DNA of 64,000 nucleotides from Polyangiales bacterium (GTDB lineage Bacteria > Myxococcota_A > Polyangia > Polyangiales > Houyiibacteriaceae). The DNA lies in the NCBI GenBank assembly GCA_041576815.1, contig JBFGKE010000018.1, positions 50-64,049 of the forward strand. Direction: 5' to 3'. The notes under the pieces were generated by a model. That model made no database searches, was not told the DNA's origin, and saw nothing but the letters and a program-made list of their open reading frames with translations. Position numbers and translations under genes: made by a program. Below, piece after piece: positions 43,744 through 52,886 of the stretch; the first letter of the stretch is position 1; each line of letters opens with the position of its first letter.

Positions 43744-46700
43744 GTCGCCTCCAAAGCGGCGACTCCGCATCGAGCCAGAAAGAGATCAGGTCGAGACCGC
43801 GCTCCGAAACGCTCAGCGTTTCGACGTCGACCTGACCGTGAAGGATCACGTCGAGCGCCGCGCGGATATCGCCAGCGACCAGGAGACCGGCTCGATCGGC
43901 GCTTGCCTGGACGCTGCGCGCGAACTCGAGCAGCGTCCCCCCGTCGATTTGGGCGCCTTCGACCGCTTCGTGGACCGCCTTGCGCGTGGCCCGCTTGAGC
44001 TTGACCGCGACCGCTGGCAACACGGGCCCGCCCTCTACGATCTCGCAGCGAGCCAGGCGCAGCGCGGCCATTATCGTCCCGGCTGCTCGTTGCGCCGAGC
44101 CCTCGAGAAGATCCGCAGCGCCATGAGGCGTCGCCCACGCCAGCCGCCCGGCAGCGAATCGCCCTGCGGCGTCCAGACCCCGGACGGCGTCCCGAGGAAC
44201 GATCCAGTCGATGGCGCCGTCCCGTCCCATGCGCGCGTCGATCGTCGCGACGTCGTCCGATAGCGCCACCGACCCTGAACGCGCTCCAAACCGCTGGGCA
44301 ACCTGATCGAGCTCGGCCTGTACCGGTGTATCGGCCGATGCCTTCTTGGCTCGATGCCGACCCCGCGAAAGCTCCGCACCCGCTCGCTTCACGACCTCAC
44401 GGAGGACCGTGCTTGCCTCCGGATCCCAAACCGCGGCAACCGAGACGTTTCCGAAATCGTGTGGGCCTCGATTCTCGGCGATGGAATCGAGGCCGAGCGC
44501 TTGCCGTAGCTCACGGGTCGCTGCCGCCCGCGCTTCGTGTCCACGCCAGGTCGCGGCGTTGTTCAGGGCCTCGAGGATTGCAACGTCGAGATCCCCGCGT
44601 CGGATGCTGGCCCACAGGGCGGCCTCGTACGCGGCGATCCTCGATTCGCGCTCCTCGCCGTCGACGAGCTCCACGATGCGCGACGCCGCGACGTGGTTCG
44701 TCGGGTCGGCATCCAACGCCCGCGCATAGGCCTCCGCCGCCGCCTCGGCGCGCCCAGCGTCCTGTTCGAGGCCACCGATTCGAATCCAGGTTTGAGGGTC
44801 CGCGAGCCCGAGCGCTTCTACGGCGCGAAGCTCTTCCAGGGCGTCGAGCTTGGCATCGAGGCGTGTTTCCAAGAAGTCTGCGGCGCCGAGATGGGCAATC
44901 CGCCGCTGCTCCTCGGGAATCCCGGCGGACGCCAGCCGGCGAAGGCAATCGACCGCGTCCGACCATCGTTCGAGCGAAACGTGCACCTCCGCGGCGAGGG
45001 CGAGCGCGCCGACGTGCTCCGGCTCCGCGGCGAAGAGCTCGTCGAGCACCTCGAGCGCGCCGGGGCGATCGCTGAAGCCGCGCAGCAAGCGCGCGCGCTC
45101 GTACAAGAGGTCACCCCGCCCCTTGGCGCCGCCGACCGACAGGCGCGTGGCGACGAGCTCTTCCAGAGCACCGGCGTCTTCTCGTTCCGCAAGGAGGTCG
45201 TGGAGCCGATGAAACGCGACTTCGCGCGTCGGCTCTGCATCGAGCGCGCTTCGAAATAGGTCCTCGGCCTGCTCGTACTGCTCCAGGCGGTCCAATCGAA
45301 CGACGGCGGCCTCTTCCAGAAGGTCTGCACGCAGCGCACCCTCGGCGAACGGGGCCAATCGCTCGCATGCTTGCGCCACCATGGGCCACTGGCCGACTTG
45401 CCGCGCAGCACGCCGAAGGGTTTCCCAGAGGGTCAGTTCGTCCGGCCGCTCGTCGATCGCTTGGATGAGCCTCGAAAACGCCTCTTCGCCACGGTCGGCT
45501 TCGACGAGGGCCCTGCAGTAGGCGTCGTCGAGCGCATTTCGCTGCCGTGCATCGTCGTGACGAAGCTTTCGTCCGATCGATTCCGCACGCACTTCCGCGT
45601 CGTCGCTGGGGGCCAATGCTTCGTCGATCGCGATGGCGGCGTCGGCGTGCGCATCGGCGAGCGCTTCTGCCTCTTGGGCCAGCATGAAGATCTCGTCCGC
45701 GGCGTCGGCACCCCTGGAAACGCGTAGCGCACGAAGGCCCTGGACGAGCGCAGCGGCGCGGAGCCCTTCGTCGGGAGCGACCCCGGCCACGTCGAGCCAA
45801 GCGCTGGCGCTCGTTCCGCCCCGTTCCCCAAGCGCCTCTCGGAGCCCGCCGTACGCAGCCGTGAAAGCCCGGACCCCTTCGGGCGCTGCGTCCCCGGCCT
45901 CGGCAAGAACCTCCTCGGCATAGGCTCGTTGCTCGGCTGTCGTGAAGGGCATCGGAATCGAAAGGATGGAGACCGCGGCCGCAAGGGCCGTTTGGGGATC
46001 TTCGAGAGCTTGTGCGTAGCTCGCGCTGGCGTCCGCGCCTTTCGCGCTCCCCGCACCCAACGCGTCGCCGCGAAGCACCGCGTAGAGCGCCGGCACCCCG
46101 CCCTCGAGGTCGGACTCGCAGAGGTGCGAGTAGGCCCGAAGGGCCGTCTGCTCGTCGTTTCGGGCGCGCGCCAAATCCAGCAGCGCAAGCGCCGGCGACG
46201 CGGAGCCCGGCGCCTGGACCAGCGCTTGCTCATAGGCGTGTCGGGCCGCACTGAGATTGCCCTTTCGCTCTGCGGTGGCGCCCGCGAGAAGAAGAGAGAC
46301 TTCTCCGAGCGAGTCGATCGCCGGCTCTTCGGAGCGCTCGCGCGCCAGGGACACGACGTCCTCCGGCCGTCCGCCCTCTCGCAGAATGCCGTCGAGAAGC
46401 GCGATCACGTACGGGTCGTCCGGCGCCAGCGTGAGCGCCTGACGCACCGCACGTTCCGCCGCGCTCCAGTCGTGGTTTCGCGCGTACGCCTGTCCGGCAG
46501 CGCAGAGGTGACCGACGCGGCTCGCGCCGTCCGTGCGTGCTGCCAGCCTGTCGTGGGCCGATGCCAAGAGCCCGTCGTCGCCTGCCCACGCCGCAAGCGC
46601 CCTGCCGAGATGCGGCGCCCAAGAATCGTTCGACGGGTCGTCGAGCGCTGTTCCGAGCAGCCGTCGCTTTTCTTCGCTCGCATCCGGAGAGCGCTGGGCC

Positions 46701-48154
46701 ACATACTGCGTCAGGGCGAGCATCGTTCGCTCGTCGGGGTCGAGCTCGTGCTCCAGAAGCTGGTCGCAGCGCTCGAGAAGAGCGGCCCAGTCTCGTTCGA
46801 GGAACGCCGCACCGATCGCCTCCCGCAGGATGCGCGGCCGCAGGCCGTCGTCCGCCTCACCAAGCGCCTCCTGGAAGCGCGCCTGCACGTCTGCGACGGC
46901 GCCTGCGTTCATCGCCGACAGCTGCGCGGCGTGCCATCGGCGAAGCGCCGCCTCCTCAGGTGGCCCGTCGTCCGCCTCGGTGCGTAGCTCGGCAGCGCGT
47001 TCGGCGTGCGCTCCGCATCGAATCCGTGCCACGTCGAGTGCCGCGCGCGCGAAGGGCGACTCTGGATGACGCGCGGCTACATCTCGAAGGAGCCGAACCG
47101 CCTCGTCGAGATCGTCCGAGGCGAGCGCGCGCCGCACCTCGTGCGCGACGTAGGCCGGGTCGTCGGGCGCGACCTCGGCGAACCACGAACGCGTGTCCGA
47201 CCCCGCGTCGCTTGCATCGTTCTTCAGCAACGACAAGGCGTCGATGCGAAGGATTCTGTCCTCTGGAAAGAGCCGAAGAGCCGAGCTCAAGTAGTGGGCC
47301 GCCCCGTCTTGATCGTCGAGCTGGGTCGCGCTCAGGTGCGCAGCTTGGCGCCAAAGAAACGCAGCGAGCGGGAGTCTTTCATGTGGCGGGACGGGCAGAG
47401 CCAGTGGATCTTCGTCGGCCTCGTACTCCTCGAGACGCGTCGCCATGGCGGCGGCCGCGCGGACTGCATCGCTCCACCGAGCGTTCTCAGATGCGATTCG
47501 AAGCGCGAGCGAATGCGCCTGCCAGCGGAGCGCTTTGGACTCCGTCGCGAGCTTGAGCGCTTCCATCGCGGCCTCCACACGACCTGCGTCGAGCTCGCCA
47601 AGCGCCACGTCGATCCAGAGTGCCGCACGAAGCTCGGGGTGAGAGGCGTGCTCGGCCTGCGTACGGACCGCGTGCCGAACCGTCTCCTCGTCGGCCGCGG
47701 CCTCTGCAAGCCACTCGAGGAGCAAGGCAGGGACCACCGGGGCGTCCGCGCGGACGATCGCTTCGCGCAAGAGCGAGGCCCAATTCTCGGACTCGAGCGC
47801 CAAATCCAAGAGCGACGCGGCGCTGAGAGCCGGCGAGCGCGCCGTCGCAACCTGCCTCGAACGCAGCTCGGAGAGGTCGTAGGGTCCCTTGGCGCGCTCG
47901 GCAATGCGAACCTGTGCGATCAGCGCGGGCTGGAAGTCGGGCGAAGTGGCATGCGCCTGCCCGTAGTGGTCGAACGCGGAGACCAGCTCGTCGAGCTCGT
48001 GCTCGTGGAGCGCGCCAATCTCGTAGAGGATGGCCGCTTTCGTCTGCGGGGCCGTCTCCGCGTCGAGCTCTTTGCGCAGGTTGGCGATGCGCAACGCGAT
48101 GAGATCGCGATGGCGCGGCGACCCTCCCGGGCTCGGCGGCGGCATTCCCATCAT
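43736..48154 (-). CDS. Giant TPR/helical-repeat protein A (1472 aa) with a non-TPR C-terminal domain
   Basis: ATG at 48154 with GGAG upstream. TPR-like units (ALRLFPEDRI, ALTLAPDDPYV, ALDAEPTREVAF, ALDADPTNHVA). Consistent GC3 bias over 4.4 kb. Confidence 0.7.
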   Translation of the reverse strand: MMGMPPPSPGGSPRHRDLIALRIANLRKELDAETAPQTKAAILYEIGALHEHELDELVSAFDHYGQAHATSPDFQPALIAQVRIAERAKGPYDLSELRSRQVATARSPALSAASLLDLALESENWASLLREAIVRADAPVVPALLLEWLAEAAADEETVRHAVRTQAEHASHPELRAALWIDVALGELDAGRVEAAMEALKLATESKALRWQAHSLALRIASENARWSDAVRAAAAMATRLEEYEADEDPLALPVPPHERLPLAAFLWRQAAHLSATQLDDQDGAAHYLSSALRLFPEDRILRIDALSLLKNDASDAGSDTRSWFAEVAPDDPAYVAHEVRRALASDDLDEAVRLLRDVAARHPESPFARAALDVARIRCGAHAERAAELRTEADDGPPEEAALRRWHAAQLSAMNAGAVADVQARFQEALGEADDGLRPRILREAIGAAFLERDWAALLERCDQLLEHELDPDERTMLALTQYVAQRSPDASEEKRRLLGTALDDPSNDSWAPHLGRALAAWAGDDGLLASAHDRLAARTDGASRVGHLCAAGQAYARNHDWSAAERAVRQALTLAPDDPYVIALLDGILREGGRPEDVVSLARERSEEPAIDSLGEVSLLLAGATAERKGNLSAARHAYEQALVQAPGSASPALALLDLARARNDEQTALRAYSHLCESDLEGGVPALYAVLRGDALGAGSAKGADASASYAQALEDPQTALAAAVSILSIPMPFTTAEQRAYAEEVLAEAGDAAPEGVRAFTAAYGGLREALGERGGTSASAWLDVAGVAPDEGLRAAALVQGLRALRVSRGADAADEIFMLAQEAEALADAHADAAIAIDEALAPSDDAEVRAESIGRKLRHDDARQRNALDDAYCRALVEADRGEEAFSRLIQAIDERPDELTLWETLRRAARQVGQWPMVAQACERLAPFAEGALRADLLEEAAVVRLDRLEQYEQAEDLFRSALDAEPTREVAFHRLHDLLAEREDAGALEELVATRLSVGGAKGRGDLLYERARLLRGFSDRPGALEVLDELFAAEPEHVGALALAAEVHVSLERWSDAVDCLRRLASAGIPEEQRRIAHLGAADFLETRLDAKLDALEELRAVEALGLADPQTWIRIGGLEQDAGRAEAAAEAYARALDADPTNHVAASRIVELVDGEERESRIAAYEAALWASIRRGDLDVAILEALNNAATWRGHEARAAATRELRQALGLDSIAENRGPHDFGNVSVAAVWDPEASTVLREVVKRAGAELSRGRHRAKKASADTPVQAELDQVAQRFGARSGSVALSDDVATIDARMGRDGAIDWIVPRDAVRGLDAAGRFAAGRLAWATPHGAADLLEGSAQRAAGTIMAALRLARCEIVEGGPVLPAVAVKLKRATRKAVHEAVEGAQIDGGTLLEFARSVQASADRAGLLVAGDIRAALDVILHGQVDVETLSVSERGLDLISFWLDAESPLWRRHV

Positions 48155-48167
48155 CCGCCGTCTCCGC

Positions 48168-48929
48168 CTATGCCAGCGTCCAACCGCCGTCGATGACCAT
48201 GACGTCCCCCGTGAGATAGTCCGCTTCGTCGGAAGCCAAGAAAACGGCGCCCCCGGCGATGTCTCGGGGCTGACCTACGCGTCCGAGCGCAGTCCGGTTC
48301 ACGATGCTCGATCGAATCTGGTCGTTGTCGACCAGCACCTGAGCGAACTTCGTTTCGACGAGCCCGGGTGCGATGGCATTGACGCGAATGCCGGCTCCTC
48401 CGAGCTCCATCGCGAGGGTCTTGGTCATCGAGATGACGGCGGACTTGGTCATGGCGTAGACCCCCTGCATCGGGGCCGCCATCATGCCGACGACGCTGGC
48501 GACGTTCACCACTGCCCCTTTGGACTTTCGCTCCTGGAGGTGGCCCGCCACCAGTTGGATCATGCCGAAGTAACCTTTGACGTTCACTTCGAAGGTCTTG
48601 TCCCAAGCGCGCTCTTCGATCGAGAGCATCGGACCGAAGTGTGGATTGGTCGCGGCGTTGTTCACCAGCACGTCCACCTGTCCATACTTGGCGACCGCCT
48701 GTTCGAGCATGTCCTGCCGCTGATCCGGATGGCCGACGTGGCAGGCGATTGGAAACGCCTCACCTCCGCGACCTCGAATCTCGTCGGCGACCCCTTGCAG
48801 GCCCTCGATCTTGCGCGACACCAGCACGACCTTCGCTCCCTCCTCGGCCATGCTGGAAGCGATCGCCGCGCCGATGCCGCGGCTCGCCCCCGTCACGATC
48901 GCGACCTTGTCCCGTAGGCGCTCACCCAT
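48168..48929 (-). CDS. Short-chain dehydrogenase/reductase (SDR)
   Basis: ATG at 48929 after GGAGGA. VAIVTGASRGIGAAIA, NNAA, and the catalytic YAMTKSA (YxxxK). Confidence 0.85.
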   Translation of the reverse strand: MGERLRDKVAIVTGASRGIGAAIASSMAEEGAKVVLVSRKIEGLQGVADEIRGRGGEAFPIACHVGHPDQRQDMLEQAVAKYGQVDVLVNNAATNPHFGPMLSIEERAWDKTFEVNVKGYFGMIQLVAGHLQERKSKGAVVNVASVVGMMAAPMQGVYAMTKSAVISMTKTLAMELGGAGIRVNAIAPGLVETKFAQVLVDNDQIRSSIVNRTALGRVGQPRDIAGGAVFLASDEADYLTGDVMVIDGGWTLA

Positions 48930-49093
48930 CGGTCTCCTCCTTTGGTGTGAAGGGTATAGCTCTGCGCGGGGTGGTTTTGCCAGTGCGATCTGCACGGCGC
49001 TTGCGCGAATCGGCTCCTGCGCGAGACTAAACCGTTCGTCGTTTCCCCGGAGAGGTCGTCCTGACGCTGTTCTACGCAACTGCCGCGCTCATC

Positions 49094-50029
49094 GTGGGCT
49101 TCATCGCCGTGGTCTGGGGGGCCGATCGTTTCGTCTACGGGGGTGCCGGTCTCGCCAGCAACCTGGGCATCAGCCGTCTCGTCATCGGGCTCACGATCGT
49201 CGCCTTCGGCACCTCGGCGCCGGAGATGCTCGTATCGGGGATGGCGGCAGCGTCGGGAAGTCGGGCCATGGGCATCGGCAACGCCGTCGGATCGAACATC
49301 ACCAACGTGACGCTGGTGCTCGGCGCGGCCGCCATGGTCAGCCCACTCACGGTTCATTCGCGCCTGCTCATCCGCGAGATCCCGCTTCTCTTCGTCGCGA
49401 TGGCGGTGGGATGGGCGTTCCTCTACGACCTCGAGCTCAGCCGCGCGGAAGGTTTTGCGCTGATGGCCGGCCTCTTCGCGCTGGTGTTCTGGATCGGAAT
49501 CGAGGCTCGAAAGGAGACCGGAAACGACGAGCTCGCAGCGAGCTTCGAGGACGACGACATCCCGTCCTCGCTCCCGACTGGCAAAGCCGTCGCGAGCTTC
49601 TCGATAGGACTCATCGCGCTGCTCGTCGGCTCGCGCGTACTGGTTTGGGGTGGGGTGAGCCTTGCGCGCGGTCTCGGTGTCAGCGAGCTGATCATCGGCC
49701 TGACGCTCGTGGCGCTCGGGACCAGCTTGCCCGAGCTTGCCGCGTCGGTCGCAGCCGCGCGACGTGGCGAGCAAGACATTGCAGTGGGCAACGTCGTGGG
49801 ATCGAACCTGTTCAACCTGCTCGGCGTGCTCGCGCTTCCGGGCATCATCGCACCGGGTGCTGTCGACCGCGCGATCATCGTGCGCGACTTCCCGATCATG
49901 GTGGGTGTCACCTTGCTTCTGGTCGTTCTCGCGAGAAACAAGCGAAGCCACATCGGACACAAGCGCGGCATCACCCTCGTCATCACTTTCGTCATCTACT
50001 TCGTCGCGCTGTTTTCTGGCTTCGTCTAA
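49094..50029 (+). CDS. CaCA-family cation/Ca2+ antiporter (YrbG-like)
   Basis: Alpha-repeats GTSAPEM and GTSLPEL, about 10 TM segments. The true start is probably upstream of the GTG at 49094 (see finding on 49049..49096). Confidence 0.8.
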   Translation: MGFIAVVWGADRFVYGGAGLASNLGISRLVIGLTIVAFGTSAPEMLVSGMAAASGSRAMGIGNAVGSNITNVTLVLGAAAMVSPLTVHSRLLIREIPLLFVAMAVGWAFLYDLELSRAEGFALMAGLFALVFWIGIEARKETGNDELAASFEDDDIPSSLPTGKAVASFSIGLIALLVGSRVLVWGGVSLARGLGVSELIIGLTLVALGTSLPELAASVAAARRGEQDIAVGNVVGSNLFNLLGVLALPGIIAPGAVDRAIIVRDFPIMVGVTLLLVVLARNKRSHIGHKRGITLVITFVIYFVALFSGFV

Positions 50030-50643
50030 GCCTCGCGGCGCCAGTGAAGTGTCATGTTGTTCGCAGGCATGTCGAAACGGGCGGCAAGCGAAAACCCCAT
50101 CTGGTCTGCGAGCTCGGTGAGCTCGTCGACGTCCCTGACGCCCCAGGCGGGATTGCGCGAACGTAGGCTTTCGTCGAATGCCGCGTTGCTGGTTGCGGTG
50201 TGCGTGCCGTGCAGACGATAGGGTCCGTACGTGATCAATGGGCAGCCTTGGGGCAGCAAACGGGCCGCGCCGCGGAAGAGGGCCTCGCTGGCCTCCCAAG
50301 GTGAGATGTGGATCATGTTGATGCAGATCACCGCGTCGGCGCGGTTCACTGGCCAGGTCGGCCAACGAACGTCGAGCTCGACAGGCGCGAGGAGGTTCGG
50401 ACGAGCTGCGTCGTCGACCCAAGCTCGGATGCTTCGAAGGGCTTCCGTGGAGGCATCGCTCGGCTGCCAGTCGAGATCCGTCAACCGCTCCGAGAAGAAC
50501 ATCGCGTGCTGTCCGGTTCCGCTCGCCACCTCGAGGACGAGCCCACGACGTGGAAGAACCCGGCGCAGCACGTCGAGGATCGGTTGCCGATTGCGTTCGG
50601 CGGCCGGCGCGAAACCCTTTACCATCGCGAAGGCATAGCCCAT
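50026..50643 (-). CDS. DUF938-type SAM-dependent methyltransferase-fold protein
   Basis: APAAERNRQPILDVLRRVLP..GLVLEVASGTGQHAMFFSERL..LDWQPSD matches my memory of the DUF938 signature. Confidence 0.6.
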   Translation of the reverse strand: MGYAFAMVKGFAPAAERNRQPILDVLRRVLPRRGLVLEVASGTGQHAMFFSERLTDLDWQPSDASTEALRSIRAWVDDAARPNLLAPVELDVRWPTWPVNRADAVICINMIHISPWEASEALFRGAARLLPQGCPLITYGPYRLHGTHTATSNAAFDESLRSRNPAWGVRDVDELTELADQMGFSLAARFDMPANNMTLHWRREA

Positions 50644-50711
50644 AACGTCGGGTCATCGAACCGAATCACCGGGATTGGAAGGGGAAGAAGGCCTGGGGTC
50701 TCGTCGTCCTG

Positions 50712-52886
50712 GTGTGCCTTGCCGCTCCGTGGTGTGCGCGGGCGCTGCTGCTCCACGAAAAGCGCCTCCCGCTTGCCGTCGTCGATTTGCGGGGGGCCCT
50801 TGCGGACGCATCCGTGGCGCTTTTGGTCGCGGCGCTCGTCGGGCTCCTACTCGCGACCCGGCGGCGATGGGGCCGCGCGTTGGCCCTGGCCGTGGTCGTC
50901 GCGTTCGCCTTCGTCACGGCCGCGATGTACGAGTTCGTGTCGGAATTCGACTCGCTTCATGCGCTGAGGCACGCGGGCTTCCTCGCCGATGCGACCTTCG
51001 TCGGCGGGTCGGCGCTTCACGTGCAGCACCCGGTCTTGCTGTCTTTGCTGTTGGTCGTGTCGGTTTTCGCGGTGGCGACGGCGAGTCCGCCGCCGGCTCG
51101 CTGGTGGCGATGGGCCGGAGTGGGCTTCGCGGGCGCGGTCGTCGGTCAGATCGTGGTTCCAACCTCGCATGCATACGACGAGTGGCGGCAGCGCCACGCG
51201 ATCCAGGCCAACCTCCCAATCCTTACCCCTTCCGCTGGCGCGTGGCAGGAGAGTGTGGCGCCCGACGTGCGCCAGGTGCTCCGCGGCGATCTCGACGGTG
51301 TCCGATGGGTCGGGCCGCTGCGCGAACGACCGAATGTCCTCTTGATTCTCGTGGAGGCAGCCTCGGGCGCGCATCTCCCGTCCGTCGCGGCAGCCGAGGG
51401 CGTTCAAAGCGCGACCGCCATGCCCAAGCTCGACGCGCTCGCCCGGCGGCACGTCACGTTCTCGCACGTAATCTCGCACCAGCGCCAAACCAACCGCGCC
51501 GAATACGCGATCCTCTGCGGCGACTACCCGAAGCTTCTCACCGACCAATCGAAGATGACCGAGCAGGTTTACGGGCCCGCCCGCCGGTGCCTTCCCCGCG
51601 CGCTCCGAGACGCCGGCTATGCGACCGTGTACATCCAGTCCGCGCCTCTCGGATTCATGCTCAAAGATCAGTTCATGAAACGCGCGGGCTTCGAGCAAAC
51701 GATCGGCGACCTGTCGTTCGAGCGAAGCTACGCGCGCACCGATTGGGGGGTCGACGACAAGGCTTTCTTCGAGCAGGCCCTACCGCACGTGGTCCGGCTT
51801 CACGAGGCTGACGGCCCGTTCTTCGCGACGCTCCTGACCGTCGGCACGCACCATCCCTTCACGTTTCCCGAGTCGGTGGGCGAAGAAGAAGGCAAGTCGA
51901 GCCGGCAGGAGCGCGCGTTTCGCTGGGCCGACGAAGCGCTTGCCGCCTTCATCGACGGCCTCGAGACCCGCGGTGTGCTCCGTGACACGGTCGTGATCAT
52001 CACCTCGGACGAATCCACGGGCCTCGTGCGGGCCGCCAATGCGACGCAGCGGCTTCTCTCCCAAAGTTGGTCGTTTGCCGTGGTCATGCTCCCTCGGGGA
52101 GTTGCGAAGCGCATCGATGCTCTCTACTCGCACGTCGACATCGCGCTTTCGATCACCGACCTCCTCGGTCTGGAGTACGAGGCGCGTACGTTCATCGGGC
52201 GAAGCTGGTTTCGAGACTACGACAAAGCGCGCTATTCGTTTGCCGGCAACACCTATGCTCGAAAGGCGATCATGTGGGAACCCGATGGAAGCGCGATCGT
52301 TTGCGGGGAATCATTCCGCGACTGCTCACGCTCCGTCCCGGCCGGCGGCCGCGCCTTCGGGCCTACGCGACGTGAAGAGGAAGCCCCGGCCCGATCCCGC
52401 CAGCTTCTCGCGGAGGTGGCGCGCCTGACCCGCTCCGGCCGGCTCGCGATGACTGGGGAGGGCACCCTCGCATTGCTGGACGCCAAGTCGGTGCGCGTTC
52501 CCGCCGAAGACGGAAAGAAGCTCCTGATCGGAGGACAGTATTTGCGCGTCCCCGGTGGCACGGCGCTTCGAGTCGAGCTCGACCTCGAGGTGGAGGGCGA
52601 GGGCGCTGCGGTCGATTTTCACCAGGACGTCTTTCTCAACGGCTACTCACAATTCGTGCGGGACGGCATCGTGGTGAGGCACGGCGAACGGTGGCGCCTG
52701 AGCTACGACATCGAAGTGCCGTCGAGCTCGGGTCAGCTCGTCGTTCAGCTTTACGCGACCACGGTCGACGGAAGCGCGGCACGGATCCAGTTCCATGAAG
52801 CGCGGCTCACCATGATCGAAAGAAAAGTCGAATCCGCGGGCACCATCGTCATTCGAGACGAGGTGTCGACGGCGTCTCGTCCGTGA
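50712..52886 (+). CDS. Membrane-anchored sulfatase/alkaline-phosphatase-superfamily protein (LtaS/phosphoglycerol-transferase-like)
   Basis: About 5 N-terminal TM helices, then PNVLLILVEAASG, SHQRQTNRAEYAILCG, TVGTHHPF, VVIITSDES. An extra C-terminal region of about 230 aa is unassigned. Confidence 0.65.
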   Translation: MCLAAPWCARALLLHEKRLPLAVVDLRGALADASVALLVAALVGLLLATRRRWGRALALAVVVAFAFVTAAMYEFVSEFDSLHALRHAGFLADATFVGGSALHVQHPVLLSLLLVVSVFAVATASPPPARWWRWAGVGFAGAVVGQIVVPTSHAYDEWRQRHAIQANLPILTPSAGAWQESVAPDVRQVLRGDLDGVRWVGPLRERPNVLLILVEAASGAHLPSVAAAEGVQSATAMPKLDALARRHVTFSHVISHQRQTNRAEYAILCGDYPKLLTDQSKMTEQVYGPARRCLPRALRDAGYATVYIQSAPLGFMLKDQFMKRAGFEQTIGDLSFERSYARTDWGVDDKAFFEQALPHVVRLHEADGPFFATLLTVGTHHPFTFPESVGEEEGKSSRQERAFRWADEALAAFIDGLETRGVLRDTVVIITSDESTGLVRAANATQRLLSQSWSFAVVMLPRGVAKRIDALYSHVDIALSITDLLGLEYEARTFIGRSWFRDYDKARYSFAGNTYARKAIMWEPDGSAIVCGESFRDCSRSVPAGGRAFGPTRREEEAPARSRQLLAEVARLTRSGRLAMTGEGTLALLDAKSVRVPAEDGKKLLIGGQYLRVPGGTALRVELDLEVEGEGAAVDFHQDVFLNGYSQFVRDGIVVRHGERWRLSYDIEVPSSSGQLVVQLYATTVDGSAARIQFHEARLTMIERKVESAGTIVIRDEVSTASRP

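Noticed and set aside
48893-50656. 587-aa minus-strand ORF spanning the antiporter locus
   Set aside because: It overlaps the well-supported CaCA antiporter on the opposite strand and the DUF938 gene in another frame. Its translation is Arg-rich with no motifs.
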